From: Azolla caroliniana
Lineage: Eukaryota; Plantae; Polypodiophyta
Assembly (NCBI GenBank): GCA_043228905.1
Contig: JBHGNT010000003.1
Coordinates: 9,610,001 to 9,674,000 of the forward strand
Length of the DNA stretch: 64,000 nt
Reading direction: 5' to 3'
The notes under the pieces were generated by a model. It saw nothing but the letters and a program-made list of their open reading frames with translations. It made no database searches and had not been told where the DNA came from. The stretch's first letter is position 1; the number at the start of each line of letters is the position of its first letter. Shown piece after piece: positions 30,421 through 43,179 of this stretch. The translations under genes and the position numbers were made by a program.

Positions 30421-31439
30421 TGACACACTGCTTGCGAGAAAATAATCAAGTGGTTGCGCCCATCGACAATTGGATTCTATGCCTTCAGCAAGGACAAACC
30501 AAGTATGACCGGATGTCGTAGTGAAGTGATAACGTAAAATGTTAAGACCTCTTGGTAGTCCTTGAGTTGTAAGATAAGTGGGACAATGGCTTTGATGACT
30601 GCTCCAGAAGAAAGCATGCATCCATCAATAGCTTCCATTGGGATTGGCTTGGACAATCAGACAACCAAAAATTTGTGTTTACAAATGAGCATTTCGTGCA
30701 TAAAACACGTTGTTGCCCCGGAATTGAGAAGTGTTAAGGAACTAATTGAAATAAACATGAAATGGATGCTTACCAAGAAGGAGATATCTTCTATCGATGT
30801 AGCTGAACTATGGGAGCAACACGAATGTTGATTGTCCAACCGCATGGCTCCTACTGTAGTTGGACACCGTTGTTTTCCAGTTGTTGGGGCCATCTAGTCA
30901 TATTGTTTGTAGATAAGTGTCGTTGATTATTCTTGTTGTCCACAGGACAGAAATGTAAAATTAGGAAATTAGCAAACGCCGAGTCCGAGTATCACGGGCC
31001 ACCGACGGCTCGGTTGTGTATTAGGGGAAAAGTTATTTAAACGAGGACCGGTACCTCAGAGAGGGAGAGAAGAAAATTATAGGCGGAAGCACTAGCTTAG
31101 TCATTCGTAATTAGATAAACTCGTAAGGTCACTGGCCATAGGCCGTGTTTTGTAATCTTTTCTGCCATAGTAATATATCTTATTTGTGCCTATTTTTGCT
31201 ACATGAGTCTGTGCTTTGATCCATACCTATGAGTTTCACGCCGCCACGTCTATCAAAACCTCGCTAGTGTTTTCTCTCTGAGCCCTGTACCTCTCTCGAC
31301 GCCTCTGTTACGAGCCTTCACGTACCACGCCCTTGAAGACCGATAGACGCAGATCTATCGAAGGTGTTCACCCAAAGGAACGAGTAACACAATTTGGCAC
31401 GCCCGGTTACAGTTGTGAGTGCATAGCGAACTTCATTGA

Positions 31440-34400
31440 AGGTAACCACCAGCCGCCGTTACGGCGCCCTCTCGCACCACGAGGTCTCGGCCACCTGCCC
31501 GACGCCCTGAACCAGTCGAAGGAACTTCCGACTCGGCGGTCACTGACCAATCCTTTCCCGATCAATCGGGGGCTTGTCCAGTGCAATCCTCGCCACCGGA
31601 CACGCGATCGCGAGTTGATTCACCACCAGAACCCCCGTCGAGCCCTCCGTAGGTCAATGAACCGGAACTAAACCCTTTTCCAGTGCTACTAGAAGAACCA
31701 CAGTACGACATCATGTCGTACCCATACCCACGATATGCCGATGGACCTGACGCGGAGTCACACGTCTGGCTAACCACTCCATGCACCGCCTCACGCCGGC
31801 CGAAATCGATGCCTCGAAGATTGCCGAGTTCACACTCTCCCTCGATGGACCGGCCGCACGATGGTACTCTCGCCTCGAAATAGGAGAGGCCACCACTTTC
31901 CAAATCGTGCGCACAAAGTTCCTTGAACTTTTCCATCGCGAGGTGCCTAAACGGGAACTGCTCCGGCAATTCTTCTCTATATGCTAGGAACCGCACGAAA
32001 CGGTCGCGCAGTTCATGATCCGGTTCCAGGATCTCTACAGACAAGTGGCCGATGATGTCTCAGCACAACATATACCGGACACTTTCCTATCCAGTTTACG
32101 AGAGCCTCTACGAACGACTCTCGCACTTACAAATTTCACCAACCATACTATCGAACAAGTCATAGCGCGCGTTCTCGCCCTCGATCGGAACCAGCACGGC
32201 ACGACCTTCTCGATGACATCCTTGCAAAATGCTCTTCCCCAAGAGGAGAATCGCTTTCGCCAAGCCCTCCAATGCACTGCGTGTTCAGGATCAGGGCACC
32301 TGGCCCTCAAATGTCCCAACCGACCACAGAGTCCGATCTGTCAGTCTCGAGCTCACACGGTCGAGCAGTGCGAATATAATATGCTGAACCACACAACGGC
32401 GGCACCGGTCCGCCAGATCGAGCCACGAAATACATACTCTCGGTAGGACGAGCGATATATCTACCGAGACCAGGATAACGACCAACCGCGATCCCCGGAT
32501 CGATGGCGCCGAAACGACGACTACCAACGTGATAATCGGCTTGATTATTATCGCGATGACCGGCACGACGATTATGCTCGATACGATGACGATCGCGATG
32601 ATCGGTATGACCGAAGGAACTCATGCATGGATCGGCGAAACGGCAATCGCAACACACGCAACAATAGAAGACCTAATCACAACCGCCGACGGGACGCTCC
32701 TCAACATGACCAGCGCAACTCCAACGCACCTCGGAACAACCCACCACCAAACGAGACCGAGGATCAACAACAGCTTCCACACACAGACCGAGCGGACACC
32801 AGCAGCTCGGCCAACGTGACATGTTTTAAATGTAACCAACCAGGCTACTACGCCACGCAATGTCCGACAACCAACCGTGGCAAGGCACCCACGGTAAACA
32901 GTATCATGGCCGATGTTCAAACGGTCACTACCCGGAGTAAAGCGCAGACTACTCAGTGGCAAATCCAGTATGAAGTACGACAGGCAGCAAAAGAATGGGT
33001 CGACACGGCCAATAAAAATAATGCCGCATGCATGCAAACTGACATGAAGGACGGGCCCAGTGAAGTACCACAAACCCCGGCACCATCCACGTCGTCGGAG
33101 GACGACCAGCTATGGGATGTTCTTACCAACTCCCGCATCTCGCTGCCCCTACATAAACTGCTACCACTCATGCCGAGATTTCGGGACACCCTGGCGGCAC
33201 TACAGGCCAATACTAAGGCCGTGACACCACCGGTACACCTCACCGAAGCAGGAACCGGTCCACCACTCATGGATTCTCAGAACCCAGCCGTGCGAATCAT
33301 CATTAAGGGACAAGACCTGCACGGATGCATCATCGACGGCGGATCCGGCGTAAACGTTATTAGCGAGTCAACGTGTCTCAACCTCGGCCTGAATCAATGG
33401 GAACCATGCCCCTTTTGGCTTCGGATGGCCGACACCCGCTCTGTTCGCCCCATTGGGTTAATCCGCCATCTCGACTTCACACTCGGAGGCCACATGTTCA
33501 CGATCTCGGCCGTCGTGCTACGACTGGAGACACAAGGCGCCTACCCAATGTTACTAGGTCGACCATGGTTGCGTACAGCGAATATCAAGCAACATTGGCA
33601 ACGCAACATGATCTCGTTCCGAAGAGGGAAGACAAAAGTCCGAATCATCACTGAAGAACGAGTCCCCGTCGCCCTCAACACTTCGCCGTTATACGCGGAA
33701 GGGGTCCATATGCTCGACGGGTTGGCCGATGAGGAGGTCGATGACTTCCTAGATGATCATCCCACGATCATCCCTCTCTTCGAAATCAATGCCTTACCAA
33801 CTATCGAGCCATCTAAAGACGAGGAAGTCACGGAGGAGTCATCACCCCAGGATGAACCCGATGCAACCACAGTTGCCGAGCTACGTCATGCTCGGGAGGC
33901 TTTCGAACGCGAACTCGCCATTTCACAACGAGTGAAAGCATCAACCCTGGAAACAATAAACCTCAGTTCGGATGAGAATCCCCATACGGTACAAATTGCT
34001 AATAATCTACCAACCGGCGAACGGGCATGCCTCGTAAAATTACTCACCGACTACCAGGATGTTTTCGCTTGGTCTTACACCGATATGAAGGGGTTGGATC
34101 CTCAATACTACCAACATCAAATTCACATCTTACCCGACACTTGGCCGGTTCAGCAGAGGCGCTATAGGATGAACCCCAACTACGCCGCTAAAGTCAAAGA
34201 GGAAATTGACAAACTACTTCGAGTGGGCTTCATTCGCCCTGTTAAACGGGCTACATGGTTGAGCCCGATCGTAGTGGTCCCAAAGAAGAACGGAAAAATC
34301 CGCGTCTGCGTTGACTATCGGAAGCTTAACGCGGCAACAGTCACCGACGGTTTCCCTCTCCCATTCATGGATAGCGTCCTCGACACGGTAGCCGGCCACG

Positions 34401-36823
34401 AATGCTACAGTTTCCTCGACGGGTTCAGCGGCTATAACCAAATAAGAATGCACCCGGAGGATCAGGAGAAAACCGCTTTCGTCACGGAATGGGGTGTTTT
34501 TGTAGCAAAAGTTATGATGTTCGGTCTAAAAACGGCGCCGGCTACGTTCCAGCGCATCATCACCGAAATCTTTCATGACTACATCCCGGCGTTCATGCAA
34601 GTTTTTCTCGACGATTTCGCCGTGTATGGCCATCGACGGGAACACATGACCCAGTTACGACTCTGCCTGGACCGATGTCGCCAAGCTCGATTGAGTTTAA
34701 ACCCGGCAAAATGCGCGTTCTTAGTCACGAGCGGCAACCTTCTCGGCCACATTGTCAGTCAAGAAGGCATCGCTATGGACCCGGATAAAGTAAAGGCAAT
34801 CCTGAATGCCACCGCACCCTCGAACGCTAAGGCACTAAGCCGTTTTTTGGGACAGATCCGGTGGCACAGCCGAATGATACGACACCTGGCCGATTTCGCG
34901 ACACCCTTACACGCCGCAGTCCATCGCCTTCCTTTCCAATGGACGACAGTCGAGGACACGGCCTATCAGACCCTGAAACGAATGCTGTCACATGCCCCGG
35001 TGGTCCAGTCTCCGGTTTGGTCCGAACCGTTTCATGTCTTCGTAGATGCTTCGGACATTGCCATCGGAAGTGCTCTGATGCAATGCACACCCCCGAATTG
35101 GTATAGGCCCGTGTACTACGCCAGCCGACAACTCTCGACCGCGGAGAAGAATTACTCCACCACCGAGCGGGAGGCCCTCGGTATGATTTATAGCATCAAT
35201 AAATTTCGGCATTACCTCTTGGGCCGAAAATTTACCTTTCACGTGGATCACTCGGCCCTTCTTTATTTGGTCAATAAACAAGCCCTCACCGGACGGTTGG
35301 CTCGGTGGATGCTCCTACTACAAGAGTTTGATTTTCAGATTCAGCATCGACCCGGGGTACAACATGCCGTCGCCGACTACTTGAGTCGTCTTGAGTCAGG
35401 AGAACCGGCGAAAACAACGTACGACGAGCTACCGGACGCCAACCTATTTAACCTGACCACGGTACCAGATGATAACGGAGATGAATGGATCACGAAGATG
35501 ACCCATTTTCTCACTACCGCCGTCCCTCCCGAGCACATGACCCTTGACACGAGAAAATGCCTAGCAGTGCATAGCCGGAATTTTTGCCTCGTCTCGGACA
35601 TTCTCTACCACAAAGGCTCGGACGGCATATGGCGCCGAGTGATTTGGCAATTCGAGAAGAACGCCGTTCTTCAGGAAGCGCACCAAGGAGTAGCTGGGGG
35701 ACACTACGCCGGGGATTCCACGGCAAGGAAAGTTTGGCAAAGTGGATTATGGTGGCCGAGAACGAAGAAAGACGCTCACGAGTTTTGCCGGCAGTGCGAT
35801 TTGTGCCAACGTCTGGGGCAACCAATGGAACTGTCACGGATGCCACACCAGCCGATTCTTCCGTTGGACCCATTTCAAAAATGGGGTTTGGATTTTGTAG
35901 GCCCTTTCAAACCACTCGCGGCCCAAACAGGGAATAGGTATATTATCGTTGCCACGGATTACTGCACCAAATGGGTCGAGGCTAAGGCACTCCGAGATAA
36001 CACAGCGGCATCCACGACTAAATTTGTGTACGAGCACCTATGGTGCCATTACGGATGTCCAATCGAGCTCGTTAGTGACCAAGGTGGGCACTTCATCAAT
36101 CACATAATACGTGAGCTTACACACCACTACGCGGTGGTGCACAAGAAAAGCACACCATACTACCCGCAGGCGAACGGCTTGGCAGAATCGACCAATATCC
36201 TCCAAACCATACTGAAGAAGATCGTCAATGAAAATAGGACCGATTGAGATGACAAACTCCAGAGCGCGCTGTGGGCGTATTGTACGACTTTCAAAACAAG
36301 CATCCAATCGACCCCCTTTCGAATGGCGTTCGGGTTAGAAGCCGTAATGCCCGTCGAGTTCCAAGTCCCGAGCCTCCGAGTTCAAGTCAAAGCACGGCTC
36401 CCCAAGGCCGAATCCGAGCAATACCGGCTGGAACAACTCCTCGAACTCGGGGAAGATAGGATAGAGAGTATGGCCCAGCTAGAACAACGCCAATGGCAAT
36501 GCAAGGCTTTCGTGGATCGACATCGACATGGGCTGGAGAAGGAGCTCACCATCGGCAAACCAATTCTTCTTTTTCAAACACGACTCGGGTCAATGCCGGG
36601 AAAATTAAGATTTCGGTGGACCGGTCCATTCTGGATTATCGACGAGTTCAACGGGACGTTCCAGCTCGGCACACTCGCCGGCGACACGGTCAAAAGTTGG
36701 GCCAATGGTTTTCGACTTCGACCATATCGAGGAACTACACCACCCCACCCGTTTACCGAGCCACACGGCACAAACAAGACTCGGGAGATCACCACGGAGG
36801 ATGCCACGTGTCCCCCTGAATAA
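31440..36823 (+). pseudogene. gag-pol polyprotein (gag, zinc knuckles, PR, RT, RNase H, INT) with a few stops/frameshifts
   Basis: CTACSGSGHLALKC and CFKCNQPGYYATQC knuckles; IIDGGSG; FLDDF; VDAS...EREAL; H-H-CC integrase Zn finger; KWGLDFVGP...SDQG...GLAE; WTGPF. Start position approximate. Confidence 0.93.
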
Positions 36824-36979
36824 GAACTCACCCACCTTCTTAAAATTAATAAAAGTAGTAGTAGGTAGGATTAACCATAGTTTAGCCATTGATTAGCTAC
36901 ACCTACACCACCCACCTAGGCACCCACAATTTTAGGAGCACCCCTCGCCACCACTCAGTTAGTACCTATTTAAGCTGTT

Positions 36980-37038
36980 CACACATGCAAAGCACATGCA
37001 AAGCACATGCAAAGCACATGCAAAGCACATGCAAAGCA
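36980..37038 (+). repeat. (CACATGCAAAG)5 tandem repeat
   Basis: Five 11-bp units between pol and the extra ORF. Confidence 0.95.
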
Positions 37039-37387
37039 CTAGAAGCACCCCACTCACCTTCAGGACACGTGGTGCTAGTCACTTATTATGGCACCCACGA
37101 CTTAGAATCTTCAGGATTCGCTTCAGGCACAAAACCCTAGGAATAAGTTACTAAAACCGTTTCCAAAACGCAGCATAGACCATTATCACTCCCCATCTCC
37201 ATCGCTCTCAAGATCAGAAACCCCGTCTCACCCTCATCACGCTAAGCGCTCTTGCTCTCAAGCCCTCTTTCGCTCTCATAACCTCTTTGCTGGACTTCCC
37301 CTTCCTGTTGTTCCTCCTGTGGCTTGCCCTCGCCTCATCACTTTGCTTCACGCTTCCACACAGTCGAACCCCGTCTCCATCTCCACC

Positions 37388-40300
37388 ATGCCTTTTACCG
37401 CCTCAACAGAAACCCGCGCCTGGCTCCAGGAACGAGGAATGGGCGGTTACCTGAAGATCATTGATGCCCCCGCGCACCCAGATGCCCAAACTGTGGCTAA
37501 ACGTATAAGTCCCGAAGCCATCACCAACAACGTGCTTCAGGCTGTTTTGGACCTGCAACGGGGACGGGACCATGAGCTCGACATACCCCCGGCATCAAAG
37601 ATGAAGGCGTACTTCGGTGAGTACTCAGCCACAGGGAAGGCATATCGCACGTATGGCGGTCCCAACAAAGCTTTCGGGGAGATTGCTCGTATATTGATGG
37701 AGTATGCGTTCGTGCATACGAACCCAACGAGCATGCCGCAGAACAAGGCAACCATCATCATCAGCACATATGAAGGAAACAGAATCGATTGGGGAATCAT
37801 CACAGGCGAGGGACTCCGCGCCGCCTTAGCTTCATTTCAGTCCGGTAAGAAGATGTTGTCTATTCTTACCCACTTTTTGATGGTTCTATACCCACCCTCT
37901 TCGCTTCCTTCCCCTCGCGCACTCATGTCCCCACCACCACCACGAAGGTAGAGAGTGAAATTCGTGGCCATCAGCCACAAAGCATGGGAGGAGCCCACAT
38001 CGCCTTCACCCCCTGCCGCTAACCAAAAAACCGCATTTGCACCACCACCCGCCCAACCCCAACAAAAAAGGGTAGTTTCCGAGACCTGCCAAGAATGGGA
38101 GGGGGAGGTAGCCGCGGAAGACAACACGACCGATGACGTCACCATTCGACAGCCAACGTCGCGCCCCTCAGTAACGTCCCCAGGACCTAGCCCACGCCCC
38201 AACACACAGCAGGCTGCACCACCACGACCCCAGAAAAGGAAGCAGGCGGAGGAAACGACACTACCGGCCCCGGAACCCCAAACACAGCCAAGCAAGAGAA
38301 GACGACTCAACCGCGAGTCCTCGGAAGAATAGAAGGAGGCACAACAGGAGAAAGCCTTAGTGGTCAGACAGAGCAACTTGGCCATCACCCCTGCAGAGGC
38401 ATCGCTGAACCAGGGAACGATCGAGCATGGGCAGACAACACAGATCTCGGAGGATGAAGTCCTCAGGTATAAGGACCTCCCTGCGGAGGCTTACGAATTT
38501 AGTGCGCTCCTACGCCTCGGTACGTCATTCGAGCTGGTTGACTTCCTTGCCAGAGCCCAAGTCGCGGCAGCCGCTTGAATGGCGGAAGAGCACGCCGAAA
38601 CAAAAATGATTCAACGCGCGCTAATAGGTGAAATTGAGCCCCAGGAGGACAGGGCTTTACAAAAAATCGGGAGGAAGAAGGAGGCAAAACAGGCCGCTCT
38701 CCCCATGGAGGTCCCCGAGTTGAACACGGCCCTTATTGAGACATATCGGGACCTGGATCGCACTACGTGGGCAGCCAAAGACATGGCCCGAAAGATAAAA
38801 ATAGCCCAAAAACAGGCTAAGATGGCTACAGAACTATGGCACGCTGCGAACCAGAAGCTGGCAGCTTGGGAGCAAAACCGGCCGGAACAACAACTCCCGA
38901 GCCTTCCGGTAACGACCCCCGAGGCCCTCCCAACGCCTCCACGCATAACAATGATGGATGAAAGCACCATCACCGACTCAATCCTGAAGGTGCAGGCCAG
39001 TACACAAACGGACTCATTACAAATGGTCGATGCCTGCACAACAACCGAGGCGCCCACGCCCATGGAGAAGACCGAGATACCCCCACCTCGTGCACCCAAG
39101 GGGGTGGCAACCCAGACAGAACCCCCGCTCCGGGATTACCAGGCGGAGCTTAAAGAAGAACAACGGCGAACCGAGAGACACGAACAATGGCATCAAGAGG
39201 CGATGGCTCGCCTAAAAGAAGAAGCTTCCAAGTAGATGGCCGAGATAAGAGCCCAGGCCGACCAAAGGATACATGAGCAAAACGAAGCACTGGGCCAGGT
39301 ACAAGCGCAAGCTGCGGGCAAGGAAGCCGAACTCAAAAGCAAGCTGGAGGAATACGCAGCCACAGTGGTGAAGAAAGAGAAGGAGGTTCTAGACCTATAG
39401 GCCGCGCTCGACAATGCAAAAGACTGGAACCAGCGGCAGGAGGAAAGAAATTGCCAACGGGAGGAGAGGATGAACGCGGAGAATGCCGAGCTGCAGAGTC
39501 AGCGTACAACCCTTAAAGAGATGGCTGACAAGTTTTTCATCAAATGCAAGCTACTTTCGGAGCAAAAAGATGCCTTATCGGATTCCTACTTCGCCCTACA
39601 AGATGAGAGAATCGTCGAACAGGAACAAATCCGGGCCACGTGTCAAAAAGAACGGGAGCAGGCCACCAAAGAACTCACCAAGCGTTACGAGCAGGCTCTC
39701 CAGCTCGTAACCGCGGATGCAAAGAACACTCAAGCCATCTATGAGCTCAGAACACAGAAGATTCAGGCCGAGGTCGACGGCTTAAAACAGGAATTAGCAG
39801 CCATCCGAGCACAGCCCGGCATGGATGAGACACGCATCCGAATACCGATCGAGAAACAGCGCCAACACCTTACCAAAAAGGTCGAGGAAACATTAAGTTG
39901 CGCAGGAGACGAATGGGCAGCCCAAGCTGCCGAATTGCATATTTTACGCACCGACGCCGAGAACCGACGGAAGGAGGGCCGCGACTTCTACAAAATGGAC
40001 GAAGCCAGCATTCAAAACCTGCGTGCAGATTTAACCGAGGATTACCAGTCCTTGGCAAAATCTCACACCGCGGCAATCGAGCAAATAATGGAGGACTTCA
40101 ATGACGGTCAGATGTTGTTTCGCCTGGAAGCAGAAGCCTTCGAACGAGAACGACTCGCAGCCATCCCCACCAGCCCTCCAACGGCCACAGAGCAAAAAGA
40201 AGAATCTCCCAGCAAGGAGATCACGGACACCGCACAGGAGGAACTTGCCCCGGCCAACAGACATTCCATAGACGCCCACATGGTACCAGATCCTGTCGAA

Positions 40301-40483
40301 GTAGAGGTCAACGCCCACGAACCCACACCCCCACCAGAAGAATCGGCCGCACCCGAGGCGGACGCCCGAGAAGATAAGCCACCCCCGGACCAAACTCAAA
40401 CCCCCGCACCGACAGTCCAACCAGACCACCCTGCCACCACCCCGGACCCCGAAAGCATCCTCGACATCTTAAAGAAGGAATGA
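37388..40483 (+). pseudogene. Extra retrotransposon ORF (~1030 codons): globular N-terminus, Pro-rich linker, long coiled coil
   Basis: ORF pieces at 37319, 37955, 38360, 38579 and 39470 are all in one frame and separated by single TAG/TGA codons. Confidence 0.85.
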
Positions 40484-41820
40484 AACGAGGATCACGCCTA
40501 AAAGGCAATTTTTGTAATATTGTTAGTATTTTGTAAGACGTGGGTCCGACGGACAAGGTCCTGTCCCACGGGCGTGCCAGGTGTTGTCCACAGGACAGAA
40601 ATGTAAAATTAGGAAATTAGCAAACGCCGAGTCTGAGTATCACAGGCCAAGTTATTTAAACGAGGACCAATACCTCAGAGAGGGAGAGAAGAAAACTATA
40701 GGCGGAAGCACTAGCTTAGTCATTCGTAATTAGATAAACTCGTAAGGTCACCGGCCATAGGCCGTGTTCTGTAATCTTTTCTGCCATAGTAATATATCTT
40801 ATTTGTGCCTATTTTTGCTGCATGAGTCTGTGCTTTGATCCATACCTATGAGTTTCACGCCGCCACGTCTATCAAAACCTCGCTAGTGTTTTCTCTCTGA
40901 GCCTTGTATCTCTCTCGACGCCTCTGTTACGAGCCTTCACGTACCACGCCTTTGAAGACCGATAGACGCAGATCTATCAAAGGTGTTCACCCAAAGGAAC
41001 GGGTAACAATTCTTGTCTGGGAGAAAATGAATTAGCTAGGTAGATGCACCACAATATAAACATAGTTTGTTGGATTGGCGATACCTCCGTTCAGCCTCGA
41101 TGAGTGGCAGGGCACGAGCTTGATCGATTTCCATCGGCACGGGGTCATCGTATGATGACAATGGACGAGATCTCAAAGAGCGTTGCCACCTTGAAGTTGT
41201 TGTGCGAATCCCCAAATGTCGCCTCGAACTCTTCTAGAAAGGGAGGAAAATTTTGTAGAAGTGGTGATGAAGTTTTGACCAATGGTGCAAACCAATCTTG
41301 TGCAGTTCCTAACAGAAGTGTCCCAATGAGACCAACTTGACGAAAATCATCCGCATACCATTGGGGTAGTTGGATAATAAGCTTGATCTGATTTATGAAC
41401 CCTTGGAGGTGCTTCCTCATGCCATCGAACTTGTCAGGTAAACTAATCTTGGGGTCCATACTTGTAGTGGGATGGAAAGGAGTTGGAGAAAGAGTGGACA
41501 AGGGAGTAGGCTCTACAGGTAGACCATTTGTTGATGGAGGAGGAGAGTTGTTTTTTTCTTCAAGTTCCATCAATGTTCCAACTTGATGCTTCCGTAGCAA
41601 TTCCTGAAGGTTGTCATTCTCAAGTTGAAGTTGATGCATGGCTTCCATGAGCTTATTTATTCTCTCGGTAAGATCCGACATGCTAAGTCTTAGAAAATGG
41701 GGACGTGAACAAACTGTCATGGACAGGTAGACGAGGCTAAATACTAAGAGAGAGCGAGAGCATAACAAAGAACAAGAAAGGGATAGAGACTGTCACAGAC
41801 GAGGAGATGAGGCTCGATAC

Positions 41821-41822
<2 letters not shown>

Positions 41823-41855
<33 letters not shown>

Positions 41856-42510
41856 ATTATCGTCTTTGGAGGTCAAATATGACCTATGAGACCAAAAATA
41901 TTACATTTCACGTGATACGTGTGAAAGTGAGTAGTGACTCTCGATGTTCAAGAACTTTACCAATGAATGTTGCAATCGAGAGTGCACATTGTGGTTGTGA
42001 GAGGAATTCATGCAAAGATTGGGCTCGATCGAAGAGATGTGGAAAGCATGGTCAAATATGATCAAAGGTAGAGCATTGTATCAAAGTGTGATACTCAGAC
42101 TCGCGAACTTGTTTAGGGCAAAGTGTGCATAGCCGACCACTCTCATCACTTGTGCCCCAACACCCTTTCTCACATCGCAATGCATGTGAGCTAAGTCGCA
42201 TGGAATCAATGGTTCGAATGACAGATAACGGTATGGGCTCTAACATGTGTAGATGTGTACGATTTCCCCGTTCCGCAAAGAATATGGTTTTGTAGTTAGG
42301 TGCAACATGTGTAGTATAATGTGTGAAGCGTGAGCCTCCACATTTGTCCCATGTCATGATACATTGGCGTTGCAAAAATGCCTCATTTACAGAGGAATCG
42401 AAAGATGCATCATGAAGCAAGTGTCTCGCATCCCATCTACCAAACCATTTTTCTATATCTTGCATCCAACCAGAACACAAAATTTTGCTTTTATGCGTCT
42501 TTTGGATCTT

Positions 42511-42548
<38 letters not shown>
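41823..42548 (-). mobile_element. 5'-truncated RTE-X-like LINE (family A) inserted in the (CT)n of an LTR
   Basis: Near-identical to 47790-48450; (GA)n on both sides. Confidence 0.95.
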
Positions 42549-42549
<1 letters not shown>

Positions 42550-42729
42550 ATAGACAAGCAAGCAAGAAAGAGAGAGAGAGCATAGACAAGCGAGCAAGAA
42601 AGAGAGAGACAAACTAGACAAGAGAACAAGAAGTAAATTATGCTTCCGTAACTGGTGTTGCTCACCTTGATTGTAATCAAGGTGCACCCAAGTATTTATA
42701 CAAGAATGTGGAGGTATGCATGTAAGCTA

Positions 42730-42785
42730 GGAAACTTCTAGAGAGTGCATGAAGATGCATTCTCTAGAAGTTTCTTGAAACTTCT
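42730..42785 (-). promoter_or_regulatory. Heat-shock element cluster in the LTR U3
   Basis: aGAAg-tTTCt-tGAAa-cTTCt at 42766-42785 and gGAAa-cTTCt-aGAga at 42730-42744, lying 30-85 bp upstream of the minus-strand TATA box. Confidence 0.7.
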
Positions 42786-43179
42786 AGTGATTAACCTACA
42801 ATGTAATAAGTTGAATCTTATACAATACAATAATGCAAGAGTACATACTAGGAATCAACAATGGTTCTGTTTCAGCTTAATGTGTTTGGAAAGGTTCAAA
42901 CTCGAATTGAACCAAACCGAACTGAACCTTGAATTGGTTAAGCCAAACCAAATCGAACTGTGAACCGCTTCTCTCTCTCTCTCTCAATTTTTGTGACAGT
43001 GGGATGTGACACATTTATTTCTTTCCCTCTCTGATCTCGCTCTTTCTCTCTATTTTCTTGTTATTATAGTTAGTTTGCCCTAGTGGTAAGTTCTTACATT
43101 ATTAACGCTATATCTTGGGTTGAAACCTGATAATTTCTTTATCTCTTCCTTTCTCTCATTCTTTCTTTCTTAGAGTATC

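Larger units (their letters stand above)
30934..41008 (+). mobile_element. Near-complete non-chromovirus Ty3/Gypsy (Athila-like) with an extra 3' ORF
   Basis: LTRs 30934-31389 and 40582-41008 differ by roughly 14 substitutions and a 29-bp indel (counted by eye). Perfect TSD ATTCT. PBS TGGCACGCCCGGT at 31395-31407. Confidence 0.97.
29142..42998 (-). mobile_element. Truncated Tcn1-like Gypsy hosting nested insertions (LTR 41791-42998, gag ~41010-41680, protease ~30500-30900, RT ~29142-29600)
   Basis: DPKISLPDKFDG gag; LLNSGATTCF protease; LPKHRPYDC...PIYGLS RT start. LTR has TGTCACA...TGTGACA ends and a TATAAATA at 42693-42700. Confidence 0.85.

Noticed and set aside
31333-40556. Numerous antisense and alternative-frame ORFs within the Athila-like element
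   Set aside because: Expected shadow ORFs of GC-rich coding sequence; no motifs.
41770-41790. Self-priming PBS for the minus-strand Tcn1-like element
   Set aside because: GTCTCTATCCCTTT after the LTR matches the predicted transcript start (AAGGTGAGCAAC) over only ~4 nt, so self-priming is unsupported for this copy.
43070-43135. tRNA/SINE-like head, similar to 56712-56790
   Set aside because: Too degenerate; no TSD or intact boxes in both copies. Probably an old repeat fragment.
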